This document shows, one piece after another, positions 31,376 through 45,879 of a DNA stretch of 64,000 nucleotides (the stretch's first letter is position 1; every line of letters starts with the position of its first letter). The notes under the pieces were generated by a model that was not told the origin of the DNA, searched no databases, and worked only from the letters and a program-made list of their open reading frames with translations. The stretch is from positions 1 to 64,000 of the forward strand of contig NIVC01002158.1 in the NCBI GenBank assembly GCA_002269645.1. Reading direction: 5' to 3'. The position numbers were made by a program, and so were the translations under genes. Source of the stretch: Macrostomum lignano. Its lineage: Eukaryota.

Positions 31376-33578
31376 TGATATAACCGCCCTTGTCGCCTGT
31401 CCGCTCCGTAGAGAGACGAACGCATGACTAGAGGGGGCAATGACCGTAGGCTGCCTATGACCGGGCAACGACCTGACGGACCTCCAGCACCAGACTGTCC
31501 CGCCCACATGATTAGTAGCTTTTGGTAGCGCTTCGTGACCAGAGGGCCAAGGACCCACATAGACCCCACCTGTAGCCAAGGTGCAATAGTTGGTCACTCG
31601 GTCATGGTATGACCGAGTCGCTGCCACCACTCTGTGACCTGGCGCACCTGGATCTTTCTACCAGACCTCTCGAGGCTAGAGCCCCGTCTGGATTGGTTAC
31701 CAGGGGATTTAGGCTAACAGGGGAGACGCATGCAGCCGAGTACAGGGACTCTGCTTGGGGCATGATCGGGAACTCTGGGCTCAATCCTGGAGGATTTCTC
31801 AGCAGGGGATCCTTTGTGGCTGTGAGCGAGGCTGACTTGCGACTTTGATTACTAAGAGTAGTATGAGGCGAACATGTACTGTCTCCAGTTTAGATTGCTC
31901 AGGGCGAAGGGACGCGTTAGCATGGGGTTGCAACCTTCCTACTGCCATTCTGTGCCAAGACTCGCTAATCCCTCTACTGCACGCACACGCGGCCCCGCAG
32001 CACGCACTCACAGGCGGGCTTTGCACGGGGAGAGGCCATTAGCTTACCCAAACTCCCTTATGCTTTGCCACCCCGGGAGAAAGGCTTAGCAAGCCATGAG
32101 TTAAATGATGGTGAAAGATTGAATAATGATGAAGTTAGTTAATAGTTAATAATTAGGCCCTTAGGCGAATAATCAGGCAATTAGGCGGCTTCACTATTGA
32201 GTAAAATACAGCAAAAGATACGGTATCACAATTGGCTCAGCTCTCTAATCAGACAATGGAAAATAGGCAAACCCCGGATAAGCAAAGGCAATTAGAGCAC
32301 AAATTAGTAACAGGAACTTACCGGCAGCTGCACAGAGAGAGAGAGAGAGGCGGAGTGACCGAGGGTGGCTGTAGGCTGCAGTCAGGCAGAAAGTAAAGCG
32401 GCGATGCGCTGGAGCGGCGAGGCGCTGATGTAGATCAGGCGATGCTGATGATGCTGGGCGGTATCAGACCGCTGGCCGATAGGCGAGCTCGCTTGGGGAG
32501 CTAAGGATAACTTGACGGTAACAGACCGCGGACCGGCAGGGATTCGTCTAATAGACGAAAGGGCAAGTCTAAAGAAAGACTAGGAGCCCGAAGGTGGGCA
32601 GAAGTTTTGGATTCTCATGCCGAAATCGCTTCCTTTTATAGACCTCACAGCCGCCTCCTCAAGGTCGTTACCATGGCTCCCTCTCTCTGATTGGCTGCCG
32701 GCAGAATGACGTCAGAATGAGTCATGATGAGAAGCATGAGACCGGCATAGCAACATGAGAAATGGGGAAATTGCGCAATCCGGAGGTGGAGTGGGGGGAT
32801 AATTGGCGCAGCGGGTGGTCGCGAAAGTGTTGCGCAAGCAAACATTGAGAACAATAGGGCTGGGGTCGAGAACAAAGGAATTGGAAATCGGGGATAATTG
32901 GGGAAAACTGAGAACAATGGAAAAGTAAACATTGGAGAAAAGGTGATAATTAGGTGCGAAAACGAGAACAAAAGAAAGAGAAAATCGGAGAAAATGTGAT
33001 AATTGGTGGGGGTCGAGAGAACAAAAGAATAAAAAACGAGAACAATAGAAGCGGAGGTGGGGTGGGTGTCGCATGAGAAATTTGGGGAGGAGAACAATGG
33101 CATGAGAAAAGGTTGCGCAAGAGAGGGGGGATGAGTCATCGATGAGTCATCGGGGGGAAGAAGGGGTCACACGACTTGCGTCACCGTTTGGGAGTTTGGG
33201 AGGGGATGGGGAGACGGTGAGCACACAAAATAATGTAAGTAGACACAGAGAAGGAGGGGACAGCGCAGGAAAAGAGTGCAGAGAGAGACAAAAAGAGGGG
33301 GGAAAGGGAAAGTACAAGAAGAATAGGGTGGAGTGCAGGGGAGATAAGGTAGAGGGGAGGGTACAGAGAGGGACAGGGAGTTCCGGAAAGGCAGGTGTGG
33401 CGGCAGGGGAGACGGAACCAAGGCAGTAGGAGGGGGGGGGGCAGCAGAGCGGGAGTCTCCAGGCCTGGGCGGAGACCTGGCCGAGTCTCGACAGCTCTGT
33501 GCAGAGGGTACACGGGATAGGAGGCACTTTCGAAAAAGTTCCCATGCCCTATCCCGCGACCAGAGCGTGGTTACATCA
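31376..33578 (-). mobile_element. 2203-bp TG..CA insertion (long solo LTR or Ginger-like non-autonomous element)
   Basis: Termini TGATATAACC / GGTTACATCA (9/10 inverted), 4-bp TSD caat (31372-31375, 33579-33582); no recognisable ORF. Confidence 0.85.
32633..32724 (-). promoter_or_regulatory. Pol II promoter cluster inside the TG..CA insertion
   Basis: On the minus strand: TGAGTCA site (32718-32724), TGACGTCA (32707-32714), CCAAT (about 32690), TATAAAAG (32633-32640), then a gtaagt donor at 32321. Confidence 0.6.
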
Positions 33579-34153
33579 CAATAACTTTCTGGAAAACGTC
33601 TTTACTAAAAGAGGCCATTTTGAGACACCTGATCTGATTCAGCCAGAACTGTTCCCTGTCAAACTAGCCTATGATCTCACTGTAATGAGAGTGGTCATGC
33701 AAGTTCACAAAGATGCGGAGGTTGAGTTTAAAGATGACACTTGGTATAGGGAATTGGGATTCGAGAAGAAAGTTTATAAGGCAGAATCCACGGCGCGGAC
33801 CGCCACTCAAGCGTCGGGGACTGTTAGCATGGCCCGGGAAAGTGTAAGCGGTTTGTTCTTAGCACCCAATATTGCAGACATTGTAAAGGGTTTGAATATT
33901 CTAATCAGAAGTAATCTCAGTCTTGATTGGGTATTTAAGGGAAAGCGAACGAATATTTTGTACAACATCTCCAACTCTGTAGCTGGAGGACAGATGCTGG
34001 TAGAGAAACCAAATCCAGTGAAAAGAGTTGTATTGAGTAATAAGGAGATTCACGAGATTGTGCTACAGTTTGAGACTGAAGATGGGGTGGGTGTTGATTT
34101 CAACGGTGAAGGGTTTGTATTGACGTTGATCATTGAGAGAATGTGAGAAGAAA

Positions 34154-34393
34154 TTACAATTGCCTAATGATTTCTGCAAAGTTATAGTAGCTGTCGTAAT
34201 CTTTTACGTAGGTTACTCCATACTTAAGAAACCAGTGGCTTTGGAGAGCTAGATTAATATTAGGGACATTTATTGTGTGGTCGGGCCAACATTTTCTCAT
34301 GTACTCACTGCATTCTAGTTTGCATTGGTATTTACTCTTGTAATTAGGCTCGTGCGCTTTGTAATAAGAACCTGGAGAGACAACTGGAAGCAT
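34154..34393 (-). CDS. 79-aa Tyr/Cys-rich hypothetical protein of the mini-Polinton family
   Basis: aaaaATG context, intact ORF, and a homolog at 1126-1366 differing by many synonymous codons. Confidence 0.75.
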   Translation of the reverse strand: MLPVVSPGSYYKAHEPNYKSKYQCKLECSEYMRKCWPDHTINVPNINLALQSHWFLKYGVTYVKDYDSYYNFAEIIRQL

Positions 34394-35670
34394 TTTTATT
34401 AAGAATTTAGTTTTTTTCGGAGGATGAGCACCCTGCGCTGAGGATCTGGTTTCTCGTTGCAAATTGAATGTGGGGAGAAGAATGCAGATTATCTTCTGAT
34501 TGTTTCGAAGATGCTATGGGTGGATGTCAGTGGATTATGTAGGACACCTGTTAGCTCGTATGCTCTGATTCTGTCAGGGATAATATGGATGGATTTAGGA
34601 GGATTATGTTTTCGGAGTTTTCGGATCAAGTGCTCCCCCTCTTTTTCCTGATTCTGTCGGGGATGATTATGGATGGATTTAATGGGATTATGGAGGACGT
34701 TAAAAATTGTCCCAGAAGCCCCCTCATGCATTCTAACGCTGCAGAAACTCGCAACTGAAAAAGCTGCAAGGCTTTAGATGCAAGTGTAAGGCCTGAATGT
34801 CTTTAAACTTTATATTGCTTTGATTTGCACAATGGAATTCTGATGCGTCTCGCAGTGTGTGGACGCAGCCAAGTCAGAAGCGATGTGGGCTGTGAGCTGC
34901 ACCGGCTTATGTAGAGCTCGCACTGGGTGGGGGCATGCCGTCCAATAGTGAAAGTCGCAATGGCGTGAGTTCGTTTCAAACCTGAGCAGGGTGCATCCGA
35001 ACCCCCAGCTGGACTGGCGAGCTGTTAAGTGCCGGTGCACTCGTGCTGCACCAGTTGATGTCCCCACAAGGCACGGCTTTGCCTCCGCGCGCAGTAAAAA
35101 TTGAATTTCTGCGCGCGTGACCGCAGGTCGCAGCATTTAATTTTTGCATACAAGCTTTTTGCAACTCGTAATCAGACCGTTTACAAAATCTTGGAGACAA
35201 TTTCGCAGATTTGTAAGTCATCACGTGGTTTAATTTAACGGACCTTCAACGTGTTGTTTTTATTGTCAGAACTGAGCATAGTGTAAAAAAATTAGAAAGC
35301 CTAATAGAAAGAAAGGAATTCAAAGCATTTAATGTACTCAGTCTATAGCCCAATTGAGCTCCTGAGTACAAACCCTAGGACTGTTTCCTCTTTCCAACCT
35401 TACCTGAGCTCAGACTCAGGCCTCCTCTCCAAGACCCAACCGACCTTCCCGTCGCTTCTCTCCCCTCTTTTTTCTATTGTACAGCCTTGCTGCCAGCTAT
35501 TTTCTCTCCCCTCCCGATGCCGTGAAATTCCTGGAGCAGTTCCTCACCAAGGCCACAAGCGAGTTATAATATGCAATAGTTTGTACAAGCCTCGCATTGT
35601 TCGTAGCTGCAAGCAGAATAGACTTCCTAGCTCAGCGTCTGCTTCAATCAGCAACAAACTCTTGGCCAAG

Positions 35671-38044
<2,374 letters not shown>

Positions 38045-39988
38045 TGGCTCTGCTATTGAGGTCAAGAACTGATTTCAGCAGTTTAAATGATAGTAGGTTT
38101 AGTTTGTATCGGGTAACTGTGTTTACGCATCGCACATACCCTATATTATCTAGCACCATGTTTTCGTACTTTGCCTCTCTGCTATCTTCTTGCATTGGCA
38201 TCTTGAGGAATTTTATCGCTATCAAAAACAATTATCAATTTGTAATGTCATTAAATTGCCTTTATTTGTGCCTGACATTGACATTCGAAAAAATATTTAC
38301 AATATAATGACGTGCTTACTGTCGTACCATAATTAATATTATAAATCAATGCAACTGCAGTCTGTCTGCAGCTAACTTTCCTCTAACTAAAATAACTAAA
38401 ACTGGTCGTAAATCTGACAATCTCAATTATGGAATAGGTTTTACGGTAGATTCCCGAGGGTAAATATAGTCTAGGTAATCTTTATATTACGAATATTAGT
38501 AGTAAATGATATAATTATTATACTAAATGCACACAAACAGGCTGCAGATAGGCTCACTCGTATATTTATGATTATAATATTTAATAAACTCGAAGATCTC
38601 TTATCCAAGATTTCCAATTCAAATTGATCACCTTTATGCTCGTAGAGCTTACTGTACTCTTGAAGTAACAAGATGGAACTCAGAAAAACTTTAAATAAAT
38701 TATTTCTATTTGAGGCACGAAGGTACCGTTGTGTATTTTACTAGCTTACACAAAATAGTTTTGTTGTGCGGGGGCGCAAGCAGCTTTATACTAAAGTCAA
38801 AAAAGTCAATAAAGTTGATAAATAATAAAAAGTATCAGCGAAATAAAAACATATTCTAAAGAAGCGGATTCATATTGTGGGAAACATTACAGAAATTAGT
38901 TATCATGTTATTTCAGGTGTCTGGGCAGAAATGCGAACCAATAGATAGATATCCCGAATTCAAAAAATCATATATTGAGTATTATTGAGCCCTGTGGAAG
39001 CATAAAACCGTAGCTAACAATGGTTCTGACCGGCAGTATGGATACAACAAAACTGTAGCTAGCTAAATAAAATTTAACCAGAATAAAACCAATAGAATTG
39101 TAGCAACGTCATATTATAATAAATAAATCTATAGGTCAGGGCGTTGTCTGGTTAACATAGATTTTTCGTGAACAGGCACGCATATAGATATGTAGTAATA
39201 ATTTGTCATGCATTGCGATAAACAGAGAAGCTACGAAGTATAAAGACGAAGCCAGAGTCCCGCAAAAAATAGATAAACAATTTTTCATATCAAATAGATA
39301 TATGCTAGTGAGCTTCAGAGACACATTAATATTCCGACGTCCGCCGATGTCGATAAAACGATTGGTATTTTGGTAACAATTGTACAGACAACGGCGTCGA
39401 ACGACTTTCGGAGGAGGTGAGAAATTCGAAATATTCGGAAAAATACTTTTTTATGGTTGGCGCCGCACCAGAGGATTACAGTATCGCGCAAGCAACATGA
39501 TCATAATTTTCCATCACCAAAGACGATCAAGGACGCACCTGCAAAAAGGCTTGTACACTCTGGAAAGTGTAAAGCTTTACAAGGACACGTTAAGAAAGCT
39601 GGGTATTTCTATTGGCCTAAAATTTAGTACTCGTAACTGGGTGCACTTCCTGCCTTGCTGAGCCACCAGAACGACAGGTAGATGTGTCCAGTGGCAGTTG
39701 CTATAGCAATTGATCTAGTCATGCCCCGAACGAAATTGTATGTTTCTATCTACAGGCTACTACGGAGTGTGGGGTTCCGCTTGTCTGAAGTCTTCTTGAA
39801 CTGGACCCACCACTGAATCCCGTTTGTGACTGTCAGGATCATCAACTCTATCTGAAGTAACGTAAAGCAAATCAGTTTCATGTTAATACGGCTCGTAAAT
39901 AGGTCTATAAAACATCTTTAACAAGTGTTTTACCCAACTGTGAATGAATTTACATACTTTGAAAAAGTGTTGCCTTTCAAGTGTCCTG

Positions 39989-41122
39989 TTACGTGTTCAA
40001 TGAACCGCCAATTCGAAGGCTATCGTTGGAACCATCCGGTCGATGAGTCGATCTGCCGACTCCGGCGCCACTTACGCGCACATCGTTGTCAATGTCTCTC
40101 GCTTGACTGATTGCGTCACCAGAACCAGCACGGCTGCTATAGTTGTTGACAGATATGTGTGGCGTCACTTTCAAAGGCTGTTGAGTGTATCTGGGCTGCT
40201 GCTGTTGTTGCTGCAAGTATCGACTGCTGTCCTCCGTCTGTCGGTACTGAGGAGAGTCGCAGCTTCGCTGCTGATATTCTTCGACATTTCGTCTGTCGCT
40301 TCTAGCGTTGAATTCGATCAGTCTCTTCTGTTGTTGCTGCTGCGTGTATGGCATCGGCTGTCTGGTTGAGCTAATGTCCTGTTCTGGTGACACCGATGTC
40401 ATCGGTCGGACAATATTCTGATGGCTTCTTTGATCTGTTTGGTGGTTGTTGCTGTACATAAACTGCTGATTAGGTAAGGCGAATTCAACCGGTACTATTC
40501 TGTGATTGCTTTCAATTGTGATGTCGTAATCAGTTGCCGGGTGGGGCGGCAGTGGCGGCGGCGTCATGTCCGGCGGAGTTGGCAGCTTCTGGCGCTGTGT
40601 TCGGCCGTTGCTGTGCCACTGGCCGGGCTCCGAACTTGAGGGCGTCACTTTGTCCCGTCGGAAGCTGGCTCTTCGCGACTTGCCCCGTGTTGAATTCCTT
40701 CCAGACCGGAAGCTGCGGTAGGAACTGGTGCCAGCGTACTCTTCCCAGTCGGGATCCTTTGCTCGGGATTCCGTTACCGACTCAGCCAGCACAGAGCCGC
40801 CGTCTCCCCTGTTTGAATTGGTGGTGGCAGCGTCTTCCGGCAGGTCATCCGCTGGCGGCATCGGCGGTCGTGGGCCGTACAACTTCAAAGCGATCTGGGA
40901 CTTCCTGTCGGGCGTGCAGAAGAACCTGTTGCACCAGCAGCCGAGACCAGCCAGGCACAGGAGCAGAATACTCAAGGAAAACATCACGATGCCGCTGACG
41001 GTTTTCTGCCTATCATCGTTGTAGTCGCCGCTGCCCCAGAAGCTGCCACCAACGATGAAGAGTACCGCGCCCACGAGGCAGAGTGCCATCACTACTGGCG
41101 TTCCTTCGTCTAGGCACAGCAT
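39989..41122 (-). CDS. Two-TM membrane protein with a Pro/Gln-rich cytoplasmic tail (377 aa)
   Basis: Two hydrophobic segments (about aa 10-30 and 43-63), a juxtamembrane Cys cluster and a long open frame. Confidence 0.75.
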   Translation of the reverse strand: MLCLDEGTPVVMALCLVGAVLFIVGGSFWGSGDYNDDRQKTVSGIVMFSLSILLLCLAGLGCWCNRFFCTPDRKSQIALKLYGPRPPMPPADDLPEDAATTNSNRGDGGSVLAESVTESRAKDPDWEEYAGTSSYRSFRSGRNSTRGKSRRASFRRDKVTPSSSEPGQWHSNGRTQRQKLPTPPDMTPPPLPPHPATDYDITIESNHRIVPVEFALPNQQFMYSNNHQTDQRSHQNIVRPMTSVSPEQDISSTRQPMPYTQQQQQKRLIEFNARSDRRNVEEYQQRSCDSPQYRQTEDSSRYLQQQQQQPRYTQQPLKVTPHISVNNYSSRAGSGDAISQARDIDNDVRVSGAGVGRSTHRPDGSNDSLRIGGSLNT

Positions 41123-43012
41123 GGCTGGCAGCCAGAGCCCCTCCGGTAGGAGGTTTGCTAGCGATTGCTGTTACCGAAAGGCAGCGGAAAAAATCGTGCA
41201 CAATCACAAAGCTTATGATTCGGGATAATCCATGTTTAGGCTAGAAATAACACTCCTGTGCCTGGTGGTACGAATGCGTTTGGGTGGATCGCTGGGACTG
41301 ACTCAGCTGCACTGAGTACCAGGAGTTGCCGGGACAGGAATTTGTAGGGGATGAGAAGAGTAAGGGTTTAGCGGGGAAGACGGGAACTCACTCTGAGCTG
41401 AGGCCGGTGAACAGGGAGCTCTGTAAGATTTTCTCTACAGCTCTCTCACGGCCTCCCCCCTCTAGTTCTGTTTCTGTGTGCCTGACCGCTGTGGCTTGGG
41501 TGAGCGGCTCCCTCTCTTGCTCTGTCTGTCCGTCTGTCTCAGCCTTGTTCCGCTGCGCCGTCTAATGCAAAGAATGGCACTCCGTCGACTCCGCTATGCT
41601 CAAATGGACGGAAAACGTGTACGCAGAAGGGTTTAGACAGAAATGAATGGGTGAGATTGCAGAGCGATTGTACGTGCCAAACTCTGCGTCGCAGTTCGTG
41701 CCACACAGAGCAACTGATATTTTCGGCATGGAAACGGAGACGCGCTCTGAGTAAATTTTCATTGTGCTCACTCACTGTATTTTTTCTGGTCCTGTCTCGT
41801 CTTCTTCTCTTAATCTTTTTTTCGAATTATAGCGAGGTGCTCTCAGAGCACACTTGTCTGTATGCAAGAATTTGAGCCGCCCACCAATGTACTTCAAGTA
41901 GTTATTTGTCCTTTGTCTGCGTTTGGCAAAACGGCCTGCTTTGACACGACTCAATTTTATAGCTTGTTTAGCACAAAAGTACACGAGTACTTATACTTTA
42001 GCCAAGAGTTAAGCCGATATTTTTTCCTCAGTAAGTTGCATCCTGTTTGCAACAGGTGTAAATTTGTGAAAAGACATGCAATAATTTGGTTGCTGTATTT
42101 ATGTCGACAGGTCGCGTAGATTCGGTTGGGTGGGGGGTACGTGGGCATCTAAATTGTTAATATTGTAACGAAAAATCGTTAAAAGAAAAAAACCACAGCG
42201 AAAAAGAAAGAGCCAGAGAAAAGTGGAGAGACAGTTCGGCAGTTGCACTTTTATTGTACACTTCTTGTTCCATGCATCATTTCCGTGTTTTGTCGGTTTA
42301 CCTAACTAATCCAACGATGCCGATTTCTGTACGATTGTGATCCTTGTTTTTCGACCTGTAGGACAATCGTGTACTGCATAACACCTGTAGCGATCCATGC
42401 ACTATGAACTTAGCCAACAAAAAGTTCAATAATCAGATGCAGCAGGGCGCCTGTCCTAAAAGAGCTACTGAACTTTCGTAATCCTCATGACAGTACAACC
42501 ACGCACTACTCAACCAGCTGTTCGCGAGTTTGCAGACTCTTTAGAGACGGGGTTTGGATGTTTGGATTTTTGTTTAGCGAGGATTATAACTGCGAAGTAA
42601 AAACAGCTGCATTTGCGGGACCTCCGAACGGCATTAGTGAAAAATGTCCTGCATTTTCTACATGTATGCATGTCGATTCTGAATATGGCCGCTATATATG
42701 TATATATAGTCAATTTTTTTAATTGTTGCTGTAACAGTTTTTATCAAAAGGTTGGTGTTTTAATTGCTTAAAATAAAATCCTACAGGTTGTCGACACGTT
42801 TAAGGATATGAAGTGTACGCAAACCATTTTAGGGGCCACACACAAAGCACATGTACTATAGCAGGTAAATTTTTACAGCCTGCATTTTCGTCTGCTTATA
42901 ATATTGCCTTCCAAAAATGATGTGCCCTACTTTTTTTGCATGTATTTTGCATGCATAAGCAGCTCTTTTACTCATTGTACACGCGTCCTCTGGTGCTGGC
43001 GTCCCTGCAGGT

Positions 43013-43180
43013 GCTAAGGTGGTGCTAAAAGCCCTTGTGCTAAAGCCCCTGGGTGCTAAAGCCCCTGGTGCTAAAGCCCCTGGTGCTAAAGCCCCTGGTG
43101 CTAAAGCCCTGGTGCTAAAACCCCTGGTGCAAAAGCCCATATGGTGCTAAGCCTCTGGTGCTAAAAGCCCCTGGTGCTAA
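43013..43180. repeat. About 15-bp tandem repeat (ggtgctaaagcccct)n
   Basis: Direct inspection. Confidence 0.9.
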
Positions 43181-44409
43181 AGCTAGATGCGGCAAAATAA
43201 GTACCAGACCAAAATGGGGTGGCAGAGAGCAGACGGCAGCAAGCCAATCAGCGCATAGTGAAGGATCAAAGCTACTGATAGGCTGGTTAAGGGTAAGGAG
43301 AGAAAAAAAGGCATATTAAGCTGGATTGGGGAATACAGCTGTATAGGCTCGCAGAAAAGCTGAGCTAGGCAGGGCTGTTTAATAAATGGGGTGGATTTTG
43401 AATTAACAAATGAAATATTAAAAAACAAACGTCATGATTGCGTCATAATATGTATTACGCCATGGTGTACAAAATGCAAATTGTAAAATACATCTAAATC
43501 TAAAAAAATTACAGCAGTTCAGTCTGTTATGTGCAGCTCATTATATTCTCGAGTATTGTATTGTAATTGGATTAAATTGCGCTTATACTCGTATATGCTA
43601 TTACATGCAAACGGTGACAACAGTAGCAACTGTACGGTTCATTTGTTACATGTAAATGTGTAACATGGACGAGTACTCCGTATCATGAACCGGCAATCCA
43701 CATTTTGTCGGATCAAAGAAATAGGCGGGATAAGAAGAAAGGGTTGAATATTTCTGACATTTAATAAAAACTGGCCGTCAAACAGCTGGTACTGGCAACC
43801 ATGAAAACAATTAACAATTATTTAATGCACAACGGTGTTACGTGGATACTACATAAATTCAAACCGACTGTTTTCTTCGAAAACTATTTCGGCAACTGAT
43901 AAATCTGTCTCAATAAAGTACAGTACAGTGTACAGGGCTAAGACTTCAGAATAATTTGTAACAATATCCATCGCATTTTGTTTCTATATGACGTCGCAGC
44001 TTAAATATTTTTCTTCAGTGATTTTTATTCATCATAAACCAGGCCTATAATGAATGTTAAATGCATTCAAATTCGATTATAATATAATTTAAGCAATGCA
44101 TTGTCAGCATTGACAAAAAAACTATAGGCTAGGCCTATATACTTAACTTTGGAGCCTGCTAGATGCTAAAATATGTCCTGTTAAATGAATGATAGGCTAG
44201 TTTACATATACAGGGTTTACATTTTCCATTTTACAATATTCCCATAGTCTCGTAGATGCCTTTTTGGTGAAAATTCCTGCGTGGATGGCCCTAGGAATAT
44301 CTGTGCCATGCACAGCACAGCGTGGAGCCATTTCCACTGGCTTGCAAATTGTGTGCTGCTGCGCGGCATTGGTGTGCTGCATATAGGCCTAGCGTGCAGT
44401 GGTACTCAT

Positions 44410-45341
44410 TAGGGATTCCAATCCCGGGATCCCGGGATCCCGGGATCCCGGGATTGGGGCCAAAAATCCGGGATTTGAATCCCGGGATTTTTTTGGGAAT
44501 CGAATCCCGGGATTTCTAATCCCGGGATTGCAAAAGTCCGGGATCGGGATCCCGGGATTTCAAGGCCTTAATCCCGGGATTGGTCCGGGATTAAAACAAC
44601 CTTTCAATGCCTAAATTAGATAATTTATAGTCTAAACGTTTATTGGAATAATAAAACATTTATTTGTTTTTGCTGTTTCTCAATGAAACGTTACACATTT
44701 GCAAAGCTCCTTTCCTAATTGAGCTAAAAATTGTTGATGTGAACTGTAAATGATAGATAATTTTAACTTTTTTTCGTTTTCCACCACGAGACGAGACTGA
44801 GGGCCTTTTCATATTGCTTGCTCTGGTTCCAGAACCAGAACCAATTTGTGAAGTATAACTTTTTGTCTCCATAACTAGAGGGAGATACGTGCTATAAAGT
44901 TTTTATCATTGAATGACAGTCGCCAAAAAGAAAGTGAAAAATTGTGCTAAGTGAGGCTGTTAAGGCAGTCAAATATTAACAGAGTTTAATAGTTATACTG
45001 CTGTTTTTTCTTGGAATTCCGAACCGATTCTGGTTCTGGAATTGGTAATATGAAAAGGCCCTGAGACTCTGAGAGTCGCGAGACCATGACTACTGCACGC
45101 GGCACGCCGCACAGTCCGTCTTAGGATTCCAATCCCGGGATCCCGGGATCCCGGGATTGGGGCCAAAAATCCGGGATTTGAATCCCGGGATTTTTTTGGG
45201 AATCGAATCCCGGGATTTTTAATCCCGGGATTGCAAAAGCACCGGGATTCCGGGATTTTGAATCCCGGGATTTCAACAGCATCGGGATTTCGGGACTATT
45301 CAATCCCGGGATTGTAAAATGTCGGGATTTTGGAATCCCTA
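44410..45341. mobile_element. Non-autonomous hAT element (MITE) with 8-bp TSD
   Basis: TAGGGATTCCA..TGGAATCCCTA ends; TSD gtactcat at 44402-44409 and 45342-45349; subterminal AATCCCGGGATT palindromes. Confidence 0.92.
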
Positions 45342-45500
45342 GTACTCATAACATAAATCAAATCAAAACCAAATAGAAAATTAAATAAAATTAATTAACA
45401 CTCTTGTTAATGTAGGTGTGTTTTTGTTTTGTAAAAAATATTCTAGTGATCATGACTATTAGTTTAAATAGAAAGTCTTATGAGAATTCATTTTTATTAT

Positions 45501-45879
45501 GGGTCTCCCTAAAACACGCCCCGCACCGCCCTGCAGCGCTACACATTAAAACAAATTGGACTATAACTGAAGACACTTGAAAATGCGTTTTCTGTTAAGC
45601 TTTAAAGTTTTTATTAAATTAAGTTTTTTTACTATGAAATATAAAATTCGGTGAATAATAAGTGATAATATTAATAATATTAATAAAAAATATTAATAAA
45701 ATTTAATAATGAAAACGAGAATATAAAAAATAATAACAGTATTTATAATAATAATTAAAGATATTTATTCCATTACTCGTACAACAAGTATTTTTCTTTG
45801 CAATCAAATACTGCGTTGACAAAAAATGTTATAATGTGTAGCGGTTCGGGGCGGGGCGGTGCGTGTTTTAGGGAGACCC
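45501..45879. mobile_element. MITE with about 45-bp TIRs (GGG..CCC ends, PIF/Harbinger-like)
   Basis: gggtctccctaaaacacgc..gctaca versus tgtagc..gcgtgttttagggagaccc around an AT-rich interior; TSD imperfect (tat/ttt). Confidence 0.75.

Larger units (their letters stand above)
31083..34146 (+). pseudogene. Penton (minor capsid) gene of element C, split by the insertion 31376-33578 and with a 1-bp frameshift near 31100
   Basis: MEAIAE.KLNNIL..EQEIHLDPGANYHVYLNDFTGWSNVPN..NKFYY..VDTYN joins in frame to NFLENVF..ADIVKGLNILIRSNL..ILYNIS..LVEKPNPV..IVLQFETEDGVGVDFNGEGFVLTL; about 285 aa. Confidence 0.85.
31015..34734. mobile_element. Mini-Polinton (element C): short TIRs, 6-bp TSD, 1513 bp after removing the nested insertion
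   Basis: TSD aacgct at 31009-31014 and 34735-34740 (single copy in the paralog at 23351-23356). Left end AGTAGAATGCATGAAGGGGCTTCTGGGAC, right end GTCCCAGAAGCCCCCTCATGCATTCT (25/26 inverted match). Confidence 0.92.
30082..34768 (-). pseudogene. Partial duplicate of the FReD gene (exon 2 30082-30419; shortened exon 1 about 30663-31014 plus 34735-34768), disrupted
   Basis: High identity to 21514-21851 and 23010-23385. Mini-Polinton inserted in the signal-peptide codons, ATG changed to TTG, no exon 3 copy found. Confidence 0.85.

Noticed and set aside
33499-33582. N-terminus of track ORF 33499..34146 as a real start
   Set aside because: These codons come from the TG..CA insertion; the true 5' part of the penton is at 31083-31375.
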